NCBI RefSeq assembly: GCF_001194135.2
Contig: NC_068983.1
Span: 27,153,108-27,207,663 of the forward strand
Source of the DNA: Octopus bimaculoides
Lineage: Eukaryota
Direction of reading: 5' to 3'
Length of the DNA: 54,556 nt
Part shown: one piece after another, positions 38,051 to 52,200 of the stretch
Layout of the letters: the number at the start of each line of letters is the position of its first letter
Position numbering within the stretch: position 1 is the stretch's first letter
The notes under the pieces: model-generated
Database searches by the model: none
What the model saw: only the letters and a program-made list of their open reading frames with translations
Told to the model about the DNA's origin: nothing
Translations under genes and position numbers: made by a program

Positions 38051-39099
38051 AGAAAGAGAGGCGTGTAAATATACACTAACATACATTTTTCTAAGCAACA
38101 CTTTTTATATATTATTGTTATGCAGCAAATAGAGCTTCATACTTCAATAAAGACTTGAAATAATACAATAGAATAACCATGTTAAGATAATGATACAAGC
38201 TACAGTAGGTAGTAAGAATATTAATATTTCTATAATTATTAATTTTTTCTTCACACACTCCATTGTCACTCAGTTCAATCAGTACTTTATTAAAAAAATG
38301 AGCCGATATATTGTCAGAATATGATTGATATCTTAATGGCAATCTTAATCTAACAGTAATTGATTGTCAAACTAATGCATTGCGCAGCCATATGTGGGAA
38401 AATATTATTTAAAAATTTTATTTCATTATGAAATATTCGCACGAAGCGCGCATGCGCATAAATTTTTCAGATGCATTATTATTACTTTACATTAAGATGT
38501 TAGAATCACCTGTGAGAGTAAATGACCTTCTATTTTGAAATTTGATGTCAACTTCCCCTTTTATCTTCCAGTACATACAGTATTCGTCTAATTTTGTTGT
38601 CGGTTGCTCCATATAATCACTTTTGTAAATATATCTTGTCCTGTACCTATTTTAGAGACACTTATTAATATTAATTGAAAAGGATTATCGGGTTATTCGT
38701 CTCATCATTTCAGTTGCTTTGTAAAACAGTTTACAATGTTTGTCTACGGACAGCATTATTTCCCATGTATTTACTGATATGGTTGTATTGCGCCAAAGAT
38801 GATGTGGCGTTGATATGGGCAAACTATATGAGAGGGAGGATGAACGCTGAACAAAGATGTGCCCAGAAGTTCCAGTCAATGAAAGCTGTGGAAAACGAAG
38901 TATAAGGAACACTTACGACGAAGCGTTGAAAACTGAACTTAAGACATGCATGCAATGAGGATTACAGGGGAATATGCAAACTGGTGACGCGTAGACTGAA
39001 GAAAATGTTACCATCTACAACAATACATATTCTGACACAAGAAAATGTATTAAACGATCTCAATTCTATGAAATTCCACCATTATAATGTTCTCTTTCC

Positions 39100-39750
39100 T
39101 TCACCTGTTTTTTGTTTATTTCTTCACGGAGCCTATGAAGGGAAGTTGCATTGGACAATCTTTCCTTTCACGATGTTTATATAATAGCGAGTGCATCGGC
39201 CCACCCTCATCACTTTATTTGGTCTATGTGAAAGAGTTTGATCTGCACCATCTTCACGCCTATGTATATTTTTTCTCTCCTATGCATATCCTTAAACTTC
39301 TTTGCCTTTCTCCGCTGCCTGCAAGCACATTCTTCCCACTCTATCAGTCCACTGCAACTACTTCACCACCCGTCACCTAGTATTTGACTTTTTTATCAAG
39401 CGTCCAAAACATTGTCCACCTTAAGCTGTTACCAGATGGTCCCATTCTGACTCCACTGTAAAGAAATCTTGTCACAGTCATCATACAGCTTTTGTCCCTT
39501 TATTTCACTCAGTCATGCTGGTCCTTCTCATGTCAATGATCAGTCTACGAATTCAACACCATGGTGACATGAGCAAATGTACAGGCCCCATATAATTGAG
39601 TAATCACTGCACCACCTTGTTTTCATCACGTCCTGCAGGTCTTGTTAATGGAATTGCACACCGCCCCGCTATTTTCCTTTTCTCTTTTATATAGGTCTGG
39701 GAAATCTCCAGTTTTCCTATGTACAAGGCTTTTCGTTGTCACGGTTCTAA
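39100..39750 (-). mobile_element. Degenerate RTE-like LINE fragment (endonuclease-RT linker)
   Basis: Frameshifted remnants resembling TWWWN..VD and AEKKKF..RRE; purine-rich on the minus strand. Confidence 0.4.
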
Positions 39751-40347
39751 TGGGGCTAAAATTGAAAGGGAGCAATGACTATACTTCTGGTACGAGAAAA
39801 TGCATCCAGTAGATACTGTAATAAGATTGGCACATGCGGAGAGAAATCACAGCGTTCTGAGGTCCATTTATTTATAAACTAGTGTTAAGTGTTACGGAAA
39901 AACACACCAAGCACGTAGTGTAAAAACGTTGGTGATAAGAATGGCATGCAGTGGGACGAGAAATTATCAGTTTATGGAAGAAGAATCACGCGATTAAATA
40001 ATAACTCAGGCCGTTGCAACACCTCTTATCTATCCAATCAAGGAAAACGGATGCAAAAAGTTGTATCGGTGGTGATAATGAGGACTATGATGATCGTAAT
40101 TATAACGATCATGATGACCATGATGAGGAGGGAGAGGATGATCATAACGATCATGATGATGATGATGACAAAAATGATGATTAAGGAATTTTGTAAACTA
40201 CGAAATCTAATGATTTTCCGTCATATAAATTTTTGGAGAGCTCTCGCGTATCTTCCTTTCATTTCTTTAAAGTGGTTCTTCGTCATTTTATATGCAAGGC
40301 AATGATTGTTAGCATTCCTAAAGGCATATACACACACACACACACAC

Positions 40348-40380
<33 letters not shown>

Positions 40381-40905
40381 CATGCACACACAAACACACA
40401 CAAACACACACACGTGTCTATAGAATCATGCCAAAAAATTATAATTCTTTTAGGAATGTTCACATTCTAGTTTTCCACTTTATATCAGTATTCACTAAAA
40501 AAACTAAATGCCTTAGTTTTGCTTTCATGGATATGGGTATTTAAAATATTTATGGNNNNNNNNNNNNNNNNNNNNNNNNNNNNNNNNNNNNNNNNNNNNN
40601 NNNNNNNNNNNNNNNNNNNNNNNNNNNNNNNNNNNNNNNNNNNNNNNNNNNNNNNNNNNNNNNNNNNNNNNNNNNNNNNNNNNNNNNNNNNNNNNNNNNN
40701 NNNNNNNNNNNNNNNNNNNNNNNNNNNNNNNNNNNNNNNNNNNNNNNNNNNNNNNNNNNNNNNNNNNNNNNNNNNNNNNNNNNNNNNNNNNNNNNNNNNN
40801 NNNNNNNNNNNNNNNNNNNNNNNNNNNNNNNNNNNNNNNNNNNNNNNNNNNNNNNNNNNNNNNNNNNNNNNNNNNNNNNNNNNNNNNNNNNNNNNNNNNN
40901 NNNNN

Positions 40906-41025
40906 TCTCCCACATGAAGAGCGTAGCTCGAAACGTCAAAGACTTTCCGTATTCCCGAGCGTCATACTAATATATACTTTTGTTATTTGTCCTCGTCTGT
41001 TGTTATTATTTGTATATTCTCCCAT
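40906..41025 (+). repeat. Probable PLE terminal repeat, copy 2, with a hammerhead-like core
   Basis: Direct match to 2868-2980; begins tctcccacatgaagagcgtagctcgaaacgtc. Confidence 0.7.
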
Positions 41026-41876
41026 ATATACATAAGTTCATGCTTCTTTAGATATATGGTTAAATATATACGCACATGCATACATACATTCATATAATGT
41101 GTGTGTATGTGCGTGTGTGCGTATGTGTTTGTTCGCGTGTGTGCGTGTGTGTGCACACGTGTGTGCGTGCGTGTGCGTGTGTGTGTATAGTTACATTCTG
41201 AACGTATCTTACAAATTATAATTAATTTACCACAACTTTCTTTCGTACGTTGTACAAGTGAAATCTCTTAGCATCTGTCTAAATTTAATATACTTCAATT
41301 GAAATTTATTATGTCAGTTTTATGATTATTTCAATACCATTACAGCTTCAAAGTTATTTAAAATAACATAAAATTGTAGTCCATAGATGAAGTTTTGTAT
41401 CTAAATATCGCTTTATTATCCTATAGTATTTTTATTAAAAGTTCTTAAGCTATTTTTAAAGTATAACATTATTAATGTTAGATCAAACTACTTGAAGCAG
41501 TTCGTTTGGACTTCTATAGTTTTCCTAAATGCTCAATAGACAAAATCGTGCTATTATCTCTATGCAATCTTACCTGAATCAATTTTACTTAAATTCTATT
41601 ATTCAGCTCTCTACATATGACTTCGTAGTATTTGCTCTTCATCTTATTGTATTCGTAAAATCGTTTATAGTAACGTCTAGCTTTGTTTAGTTTTATAACA
41701 TTGTTCTCAACACGACATTATGTGATATGTCTAATGGCAGAAATCCGGCGGGCTCTATAATTTTGTTCTATTATTTTGCGTTGAAAATCCCACTGCGTTC
41801 AGTTTTACGTATCCTCAAACAAATACATGTATACCAATCATTATCATCATTCTACTTTTTATTCCCTATTGTTTCG

Positions 41877-41895
41877 TCTTCTTCATCATCTTCTT

Positions 41896-41966
<71 letters not shown>
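41877..41966. repeat. (CTT)n-(ATT)n compound microsatellite
   Basis: Direct. Confidence 0.96.
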
Positions 41967-41968
<2 letters not shown>

Positions 41969-43307
41969 CTCTTCTTCTTCGTTTGCTTTTCTTCTATTTT
42001 GCATTATTATCATTATCATCACCATCCCCTTCCTCCTCCTCTACCTCATCCTCATTGTACTTGAATACTACTCGGAGAAGATCTGGAGTGTTCCTACTGA
42101 GGTAGGAATTTTCATCCTGATTTTGATGAAAACCTACAGAGTATGTGTATTGAACCAATAAACATATTGCATATTGAGGACTACAAAGATAAAATGACAC
42201 CAAGTAGAAAGTCAAAAATGTTAATTAAAATGTTAACAGATGTATGACCATCATCAAGAGCACTAACAACAATCTTCTGTCGTAGACATGGGTTAGCATT
42301 AAGCAATAGATATAGCCAACTAAATGAAAACGAAGATGTGTGGTGGAGATACGTCGTAAGAAAGGGGATCTGTTTCAGAACATTTTAATTCGCTTTTCCC
42401 TTTCAGAGCAAAATACATTCAACTTACTTTTACTGGATGACATTTCATCACATGTCTAATTTATCGCATTTTGTCTCCCGCTTGATTTTCTCATTCTGTC
42501 TTTAGAGAGCATTAATAGCTCAATGCATGATCTATTTATTCAAGAGATGGAAAATTTCATGAGGCATTCGGGCCGATATAAAATGTATTAGAGATAGAAA
42601 TGACGCAATTATCATACAGTGGAATCAAATCTCAAAACCAAACTCTGTTCAACACCTTGGCGCATCGGCATTCTTATTCTTAAAACAATAACTCAAGGGT
42701 TAATATTTCAAAGATTGCCACTAAACATATAACAAAGGTCTATAACGTTGTAGCCAGGAGATGCTATAATAGCCGTTAAGATCTTTGACCACAAAATATA
42801 CGCGAATTTGATAACGAGAGCTATCGACATAATGCAGCTAAGCACCAGTGATCTCGTTGTTCCCTTTTTTACTTTCTTCATGAAATGCTTGAGCTGCAAA
42901 GATTTTGAAGGAGCGTTATCAAAAGAACGCAAGACATTAAAATTTGTTTTAAGTTTCTTCTCTAATCACATTTTAAAACACAAATTTTAGAGATTGCGAT
43001 ATTGTTTTTTCCACGTCACGAATGACAGGATAGATGTAATTTTTTTTTTTTAATGAAATGTAAAGGCATCAACCAATACAGCATACAACTTTTATAACAT
43101 GCAACATCTTGACAAGTTCATCGCTTCAATGAATTTGTTAACAAGTCATTCTGTCTGACACTCTACATTACCAAAGTGCTTCGCAGCTAATCATATGAAA
43201 GTTTATTAAACTTTATTTAGAATGCAATTTCATAACATCAGCTTTAATATTAATGAGCATTTTTTTTTACCTGGTGTCAGTATTAGAAATAATAATGAAT
43301 TATTACA

Positions 43308-43640
43308 GGCGCAGGAGTGGCTCTGTGGTAAGTAGCTTGCTTACCAACTACATGGTTCCGGGTTCAGTCCCACTGCGTGGCATCTTGGGCAAGTGTCTTC
43401 TACTATAGCCTCGGGCCGACCAAAGCCTTGTGAGTGGATTTGGTAGACGGAAACTGAAAGAAGCCCGTCAAATATATTTTGTCCCCATAGCATTGCTTGA
43501 CAACCGATGCTGGTGTGTTTATGTCCTCGATAGAATAAGTACTAGGCTTCCAAAGAATACGTATCGGGGTCCATTTGCTCGACTAAAGGCGGTGCCCCAG
43601 CATGACCGCAGTCAAATGACTGAAACAATTAAAAGAGTAA
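43308..43640 (+). mobile_element. tRNA-derived SINE (family B), near full length
   Basis: ggcgcaggagtggctctgtggtaagtagcttgcttacc..ggttccgggttcagtccc (A/B boxes), CORE-like ttgggcaagtgtcttctactatagcc, and 3' gtgccccagcatg..tgactgaaaca..aaaaga. Confidence 0.88.
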
Positions 43641-43689
43641 TGAATAAAAGAGAGTATTATAATGAAGTATAATGTGAATTGTTTCCACT

Positions 43690-44030
43690 TGGTGGCGCAT
43701 AACTTGCTATAGGGATTTCGGCTCATGATCGTGAGGTGAGGATTCAATTCTTGTTACAAACGGTTCCTTATATACTTGGAGAAGGTATTTCATTCACACT
43801 GCTGCAGGCTACAGAAATGTTTACGAGCGTCAATCGAGTATACATGGAATCGTTTCTTCCCATAGATGTTGTGTCTTAGATGTTCCACTGCGTCATGATG
43901 TGAAAGTGTTGACAGGGTAGCTACCCCAGTCACCTTGCGCAGCTTTCTTTTACTATAGCCTTGGGCCGACCACAGCCTTGTGAGTGGATTTAGTAGAGGA
44001 AACTGAAAGAAGCCCGTCGTATATATATAT
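43690..44030 (+). mobile_element. Chimeric or degenerate SINE; 43950-44020 matches family B
   Basis: Direct repeat of actatagcc.tgggccgacca.agccttgtgagtggattt.gtaga.gaaactgaaagaagcccgtc from about 43400-43460; a decayed tRNA-like head lies at 43690-43755. Confidence 0.7.
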
Positions 44031-44415
44031 ATATATATATATATCATAAGATTTTTAAACTCTTAAATTNNNNNNNNNNNNNNNNNNNNNNNNNNNNNNN
44101 NNNNNNNNNNNNNNNNNNNNNNNNNNNNNNNNNNNNNNNNNNNNNNNNNNNNNNNNNNNNNNNNNNNNNNNNNNNNNNNNNNNNNNNNNNNNNNNNNNNN
44201 NNNNNNNNNNNNNNNNNNNNNNNNNNNNNNNNNNNNNNNNNNNNNNNNNNNNNNNNNNNNNNNNNNNNNNNNNNNNNNNNNNNNNNNNNNNNNNNNNNNN
44301 NNNNNNNNNNNNNNNNNNNNNNNNNNNNNNNNNNNNNNNNNNNNNNNNNNNNNNNNNNNNNNNNNNNNNNNNNNNNNNNNNNNGGCCCCAGTCTGATGAT
44401 TGAAACAAGTAACAG

Positions 44416-44459
<44 letters not shown>

Positions 44460-45855
44460 AGCCATTGAAGAAATCGGCAGTTTCACTTACGTGAACAAAG
44501 ATGTTTAGTGAAGGAGATCACAATTCTAGAACAAGGCGATGAGCAAGAGTGTTCAGTGGAATAAAGCAAAATTTAGATCTGCACTTCGATTAGTACACAT
44601 AAAAAGTACCTCCGTATAATAGAATTCTCCTCACAAAAGCAGTCTACGTAGGGGAAACTGTTGAAAGACTTGCAAAGTCACTGAATGCCTTCCACTGATG
44701 GCGTCAACGTATAAATACTCAGGATCACGTATAAGGACAGAATGACAAAGTCATGAAGAGAGCAAATCTGCGTAGACAGCAGGAGATTCTAGTGAAAAGA
44801 AGAGTACGATTTACAGATAATGATTTCCGGCTGTTCAATTTGTACCAACTGAGTCGAGAAGAAAGAGAGGGAGACTCGGTAAGACATGGTGCCCGTGCTT
44901 CAAATATATCGCAGCTTCACCTGAGAAGATGCATGTCACTATGATCAACAGGAGAGTAAGTGAAAATGTCTTGCAACCCGATAAGTGAAAGGAACAAAGA
45001 CTACCGTGAAGATATATACTAGGAGAACCAGTAGAATATCTTGTTTCCCTTTAAGTTACATGAGTTGATAGATGCAAAATACAATATTTCTTCATTATAC
45101 GACTAGCTATGATTTCGGGGGAAAAAAGGGGGATTACAAACAAAATGAAGCTTATGCAAAGCTTACCCAATACTTTTGCAACTGTCATGAACTGGTTTAA
45201 AGTATTTCACGTAGCAAAATAAAAGAAGCTTACATGATGTATAAGGAAGGGATGCAGCACCAAAATAGGGTGATAAATTTGCTTAACTTCACGATCGTAA
45301 TAAGAATTTCTACTTGCATGACGAAGTTTCTCCAAGAAGACTAAAAATAATCACAAAAACACAGTAAGTAGCAACAGTAATACACGAAACACCATATGTA
45401 ATAGCAATGTACTGGAACAAGCAAAATACGATCATGCATCATCTGTGTATTGGTGTTGTTTCTTTCTTTTTGGCATTCTTCGGGGATAATCGTTTAGCTG
45501 TCCCCGACTGGGTATTAAACAGCTGGAAGTAAACAGCATCTCATAAGTAACAATAACGAGCAGCGTCACATATATATGTTTACGTGTGTGGGTGTGTGTA
45601 TGTGTGTGTGTGTGTATGTGTGTGCGTATGTGTGTGTGTGTATGTGTGAGTATACACTGAGAGATACACAGAAAGGTAAATATACCGGCAAAAACATAGC
45701 GAGATACAGTTCTTTATACGCCAGCGTGTGGGGTGTGTATGAAGATATGCATATATTTAAATACATATACACACAAATTCATACACATATACACAAATTC
45801 GCACACAGACACACACAGACACACACACACACACACACACACACANNNNNNNNNN

Positions 45856-45910
<55 letters not shown>

Positions 45911-46899
45911 CACGCATTGAGTTTTTTCTCTTCTGTGGTCCTTAATTGATGAGCTCTAGTCACAAACTCGTATTCTGCAATCCACCATGGAACAATATAA
46001 TACACGCGTCCATGCAGAATGAAAAGCGTACCAGCTGTACAAAAGAATGTTTATATGAAGAAGCTTATTGAAAAAGCAGAGTATGTTAATGTGTATGAGT
46101 ATACGTGTGCATGTTTATAGATATATATATATGTGTGTATCGCATAACAGAATGAGTTAGTATCAGTGGAGTGTCTAAATATTTGCATGCATATATATTG
46201 GTAACTGTTTATTATAATCACGGATAATTTATCAACCGGTTATTGTTATCTAAATTACGTTGTCTGAAATTGGTCATAACAAGTAGTTTTCATTACATAT
46301 GTGTGTATGTGCATGAGTGTATGTGTGTATGTGCATGAGTGTATGTGTGTATGCATAAGCATTGCATTATTATATATTCTTTTGATGTGTATACATTGAT
46401 CATAGCAATGTTTAAGAACACAGCATACTGTATTGTTTGATCTTTAGGCAGCTTTCAGTCAGTTCACAATAATTAAGTAACATAAAGTGAAAGCAGTTTT
46501 CTAGTCGTAAGTCATTTTGTTTGAAGTAAAATAGCTCTGGCTTTATACATAAAGTCAGCAACTTAAATGCTGCTTCCGTATTGACTTTCATCGCTTCTAA
46601 TTTTCTTCACAGAAATATTTGAAGGAAAATGTTGCTATACACTTAAATGTTTTCACATTCAATGCCGAGGGTTCAAATACCTGGTAAGGCTACTGACATA
46701 CCGCCTTATTTGATATGAAAGTAATTACATGAGGTTTGTCAGGAAAGTAACAGAAAAGTGGACATCATTTCTTGTCATTGAAGGACTTGCAATGTAGCGT
46801 GTGAACGACGTCGACCTATCACATCGCATATGTTGCTGTAGTCAAACTTCTTATATTGTTATTTTTTCGTCATGATTCTCTTCGTAAGTAACAGGGTCC

Positions 46900-47370
46900 A
46901 ATCATAAACCACTACAGTCAATGATTTCTTGATGAAGTGCAATCTGTTCGAAATACATAAAATGTTACAGGACGTTTACGGATATGACAGCAATGACAAG
47001 GATATTGCACAAAGATGCATGAAGAAGTTTAAAAGTTGAGAAGCCCTGATTGAAGACTAAGAACGCAATGGGAGATCATCACTAATTACAAGCAAGTGAA
47101 GGTATTGCTTCACTTAGACATGTCATAGTCCGTGAGCTTGCTACCTCAGTGAACTGTGGTCACAATGCATGAAGAAATGTTGGTGAAAGACTTCGGGTAT
47201 CGGAAAGTGCGTGAAAATGGATAACTTTCAGTTAACGCATGATTTATAGGAGAGTAGCGAGGAAGTCAGTTCTGATCTGCTGGAAGCTTATGAAAATAAT
47301 GAAGACGCAATTTGTTTCCGATGCGTTGGTAGAAGATGAAAGGTGAACACACGCTCAGTTCATGGAATGA
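46900..47370 (+). mobile_element. Mariner transposase remnant (HTH to the first catalytic D region)
   Basis: EIHKMLQDVYG..KKFKS*EALIED*ERNGRSS..RELATSV..DFGYRKV..W..QLTHD..DLLEAYENNED..DE resembles IH..L..VYG..W..RFK.G...ED.ERSGRP..LGYRKV.ARWVP. Confidence 0.75.
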
Positions 47371-48838
47371 CGTAACATTTATCCTCTAGGGTCTATTAAT
47401 GACTGAACCAGTGAAACCAGCAGAAAGACATAGTGATTTTTTTCAGTTGATAACAGCATTACGTTCCTTGATATTTTGGAACATGACTGTACTATGAAAA
47501 ACTGTGTGGGACACTGAAACACCAAAATGCTCAGAGAAGGTATTATGGAGATGAAACTTAACAAGATTTAAGTCATTATACTGGCTATTGAATGAGTATG
47601 AGCTATTCGGATATTAATTGACCAATCAGCATGAGGCTGTTTCCTCATATGGTTTTGTTCAGCGGTCTAGAATTTGATTCCTGGACCCCACTGAAAATCG
47701 TATAGTGCATAGCTTAGGTCGTAGAAAGCCAATGCACATCTTTCGACAAAGATATTTGCGTAGTGGACTACGTATATTTTTGTACAGATCGCGTGTTGTC
47801 ACACAAATAACTTCCTGTAATTTCAGAGCATTCTGACTCTCCCCACTCTCATTCAGCGATTATTGATATTTTTCGAAGTAAATAGTCAACTCCAAATTTA
47901 TCTTTATGTCCGGCAATAAATATTTCAGCTAAACGCCCATTTATTGCTTCAGTTATTCTGCGCGTAACTTTCTCCCAATTAGAGAAGTCCAGCAATAATA
48001 CATTCTCCAGAATTTGAGTAACAGCAATCCCAATCACCGACAAGATTAATAATGATTATTGTTGAAGAGTGAAACTCAAAAGAAGAATAGCAGTGTATCA
48101 TCTCTAATACAAAACGAATATTTATATTATCAATAAATCCGGAAAAGGGTGTGAGGTAAAATTAAACTTGGGATGTTTTGTAATGTGTACGTAATTTTGT
48201 ATAATTAAATAGCAGAAAGCATAGTATTCGGATATCTAACTATTTTGCCGGCCAACCACACTATATTAGTCAATAATACATTAGAGAATAGCGCTTGTAT
48301 ACGAAACTTAAGACATGGTTAGCAAACTCTGCTTACTCCTCTACTTTTGGTATCGATAGTGTCACTCATCAGAATCCTGCTTCGATTTGTGAGACAGCTT
48401 AATAAGTCTCTTTCGCGAATCAATGCAAATAAGATTACTGAATACGTTTGGAGCAGTATATAAATCAGTAGATATAAAAAGAAAATAAAAAGATGTGCAT
48501 ATTTTCATTGTTATGAAGTAGAGATTATTGCTTCGGCAGTTGCGTTTTTCTTCAAAGAGAAAATAAATGATGACGGGATCTGCTTGCAATGCTGACTGCA
48601 ACCTCGTCTTATATTATGCAAAGCTATATTTCTTCTGCTTAGGTGTTCAATCCGATTCATGCTGACAACGACAATCACCAACATACAAATTCAGTTTAAT
48701 AACGCTTCCATATTTTAAGTCCATTAGCTTTATAAATATGGTTTGCTCTCATTTCTCTGGTGAGCCTATACTTTTGAAGATATATAATGAATTGATTTTC
48801 TTGGATCTTTTCGCGTTCGGTGGTATATAACAATATAT

Positions 48839-48883
<45 letters not shown>

Positions 48884-49269
48884 AACATACATACATATAT
48901 ACATACATACAGAGAGAGAGAGAACTAAAGAAAGAGATCGCTTCAAATATTCACATGTGATTAAGGTCGAGTAGAAAAATGTGGAATAAAAACTTATCTA
49001 TCATTTCTTGGAAGTTAAAATTTCACAAGTTTTTTGTCCGAATTTTTGCTGTCTAATCTTCAACCCATAATAAAATAAGTGAAACATATAAAAATGCTTT
49101 AATAGATAACAAAATTCTAGTGGGTTGATTTGAAATCCATAGCAAAATCTAGATGTTATTTTCTAAGAAGAAATGAAGAAATGGTGATTTTCCATGTAGG
49201 ACAAAAATATGAGTCCATGGGTAACAATACAAGTACATATATGCATACATACACCTTTCATATATGCAC

Positions 49270-49303
<34 letters not shown>

Positions 49304-49522
49304 NNNNNNNNNNNNNNNNNNNNNNNNNNNNNNNNNNNNNNNNNNNNNNNNNNNNNNNNNNNNNNNNNNNNNNNNNNNNNNNNNNNNNNNNNNNNNNNNN
49401 NNNNNNNNNNNNNNNNNNNNNNNNNNNNNNNNNNNNNNNNNNNNNNNNNNNNNNNNNNNNNNNNNNNNNNNNNNNNNNNNNNNNNNNNNNNNNNNNNNNN
49501 NNNNNNNNNNNNNNNNNNNNNN

Positions 49523-49576
<54 letters not shown>

Positions 49577-50174
49577 TATATTAGATAGATATATAAAGAG
49601 ATAGATAGATAGATATAGACATATAGATATGAACTATAGCAAATTATCTGAAAAGACATCACATACCTGTATGAATGTACATTAAGGTAAATAAGAAATG
49701 AGATATAAATTATACTCGACTATGTGTAAAAACGTTAAACTCAAGTTACAGAAACGAAGATAAGGTTATACAAAATTATATTGATATGTATGTGATAAAA
49801 TATGAGAAAATATGATGCTGGCTGAAAAAGAATAGTGATTATCTGATTTCTGTGTTCTTGAGATCTCATGAGGTTACATAATTGCGCAATATTATTAGAA
49901 TTCTATATCTAGAACCATTTTCTGAAAAGATTCCTACGTTGCGCGACAGGTTATATAATGATGAGTTTATGATGTGTCACCTGCAATGGCAAATATTATG
50001 AATTAAATTCATTTAAGAAAGAACTTATGAAATCATTTAATGTTGTAATTACAAATTTATTTGAAACTAATTTTAGCATAATCTTTTATTTACAAAATAT
50101 TAATTTAAATCGTTTGTAATTTTCGACCTTGTGAAATAGCTCAAGTTCTTAAATGTTGTATATGGTGCTATTCT

Positions 50175-50630
50175 GAGAAGCAACCATGCAGGCCGTTTAG
50201 TTGGAACTTTATGTTCCCTGGACGGAACGCATTGAGAAGGTTAACTAGAGCAAGGTGACGATATATATTGTGCTAGTGGAATTATGTCAAAGCAATGGGT
50301 GGCAAATATATTTTTATGTCATTGAGGTGGGATGCGGAGTGTTTTCAGGCCAGTCTCTCTACAGAGCTAATAGAATGCATGCCATTACAGGGGTCAGTAC
50401 AGGGGTCAGTATGTAGAAGGTGATCAGGCTGGCTGTGGAGGCAGCAGGGATTGTGCCAAGCTGACTGTGTGTCAGGGAGCTCGGTCCCTGGACGATGCAG
50501 TTTTATTGGGAGTAGTTATGTTTGGACACACGATGTAGCTTGAACAACCCTGGGTGGATCACCTGGATCAAGGTGTTATTGAAAGACCCTAAGCACCTAC
50601 ATACACCCAGATACATCACTGATGCTATGA
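50175..50630 (+). mobile_element. RLE-type non-LTR element (HERO/NeSL-like) 3' fragment with 3' UTR
   Basis: LELYVPWTERIEK..YVIEVGCGVFSGQS..ITG..EAA resembles ELTVPWEE..ERK..KY..PIEVGCRGF.GQS; the 3' UTR ggatcacctggat..ggtgt..ttgaaagaccc.aa.cacc..catcactgatg resembles HERO-type ends as I recall them. Confidence 0.62.
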
Positions 50631-51559
50631 TTAGATACACCAGAGGATTGTATATATAAGACTATTGATAAGGTTGCAAGATGAAGCGAAAATTTTAGTA
50701 AAATAAAAATAAGAAATAAGTGGAAATTTTAACGGTGAATGTGTTAAATTTCAAGGCACAATAAGAAAATGACTCTCCCCAGACACAACAGAATATGCTT
50801 CAACACACGAAATCACATAAACAATCTTGCAAACCAAATCCAAATACGAAATATATATATATNNNNNNNNNNNNNNNNNNNNNNNNNNNNNNNNNNNNNN
50901 NNNNNNNNNNNNNNNNNNNNNNNNNNNNNNNNNNNNNNNNNNNNNNNNNNNNNNNNNNNAGAGAGAGAGAGAGAAAATACATGTTGGTTTCATTTAATGC
51001 TCTTTCTTATTAGAACGAGGATTGTAGCAGTATTGGCTTAAAAGAAAATTACAAAATGCAATACACTCCAAGGATCTTATACAAGAAAACATGTCAAGAA
51101 ATATATATAGAGTATAACCAAATATTTTCCTTTAAACAACCGAACATGTGATGCTAGAAAATTCTTGTCATGTCATTTTATTGCCAGGTCAATGAAATAA
51201 GCATTTCAATACTGTAAGCATATCTAGTGAAAGTTATGCAGTTTCACATTCTTGTAATATGTACAACTGCCTATAATTACATTTCGTGATGTTTTAGTAT
51301 ACAGACCTATGGTATAACTTGACATGGACAATATCTTAAACAGAATATAATGGAATAATAGAAGAACTATGGATACCCACACATGCACTTATTTGTTTTA
51401 CAAAACAACTATCGTTACGAAGTAGAGCCTCCTATAATCTATCTGTGAACAAGGTTCGATACATATACAGAGAAGCTGTTCTTCCTTTCTATTTCTATTG
51501 TAAATTCTAATCAAGTAAAAAGTTAAAATATGGATATTTCGTTATCACAGTTATATTTT

Positions 51560-52200
51560 CTGTATCCGGAGTCTAATTCAAAGGTTTGATACGTTCCATA
51601 GATACTATGAATTCACGTCTTTCTCCTTTAGCTTTTTGTAGGCAGCGGCATTGATTCTTAGTGGTTGTAAAACGAAAAGTGATGAGGCCCAGCACTTCCT
51701 GTTGCTAATGACACCCAGAAACATTACAAATTAGTATGCATGACTGTTGAAACCTCATTCGGGGCTCTGCAATACGATCTGTGTTTCCTTCGTTTACTTT
51801 TTGTCTTTATTAAATATTTTCTCATCAGAGAAAAAATAGAAACATTCCAGCCTTATGGTGCTTTAACTCGCTTAGCACGCGCTTCACACAGATCGAATCA
51901 TTCTCCTTGGTAACATCCAGCATAATCTGATTCCTCCGAATCGCATACGATTTGTACGGGATGTCCTTGTGCACAACACTTCTGACAGTGTTTTCTGAAA
52001 CCTGGAGGTACTTAGCAATTGCTCTGATTCCCTTTCGGCATTTTATATTGTTATGCCATGGAGTCGTTGTACGAATGTATGAGTTCCAATGATATAAGGA
52101 ACATGTCCATGCGTTTGGCGTTTAGCTGCTGGTTAAAGATCAGGATCCGCAGCTTCCAAGACCGCTCCAATTTTGACAATGAAGGATCGGGAAACATTCA
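51560..52200 (-). mobile_element. Tc1/mariner (maT/DD37D-like) transposase remnant
   Basis: IRAIAKYLQVSENTVRSVVHKDIPYKSYAIRRNQIM..TKEN..KRVLSELKH, then EVSTVMHT..MFLGVISN, then a QQDSAP-like 'ELDSG'. Confidence 0.8.

Larger units (their letters stand above)
1761..50959. other. Assembly gaps (N-runs) at about 1761-2300, 7978-8100, 9211-9294, 11391-11961, 18468-18530, 21156-21165, 24427-24441, 26207-26834, 28887-29240, 36792-37017, 40556-40905, 44070-44383, 45847-45856, 49304-49522, 50863-50959
   Basis: Direct. Most gaps abut microsatellites, typical of a short-read scaffold; an exon could be hidden in them. Confidence 0.99.

Noticed and set aside
44393-44406. CTGATGA-tt-GAAAC
   Set aside because: A mutated SINE 3' end (compare caaatgactgaaac at about 43613); no helix II.
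44700-45060. Possible further Dong fragment
   Set aside because: Similarity too faint to call.
47849-48043. 64-aa minus-strand ORF (VTQILENVLLLDFSNWEK...)
   Set aside because: No family recognised; an adjacent frame has LVGDW, hinting at a decayed LINE endonuclease, but the evidence is insufficient.
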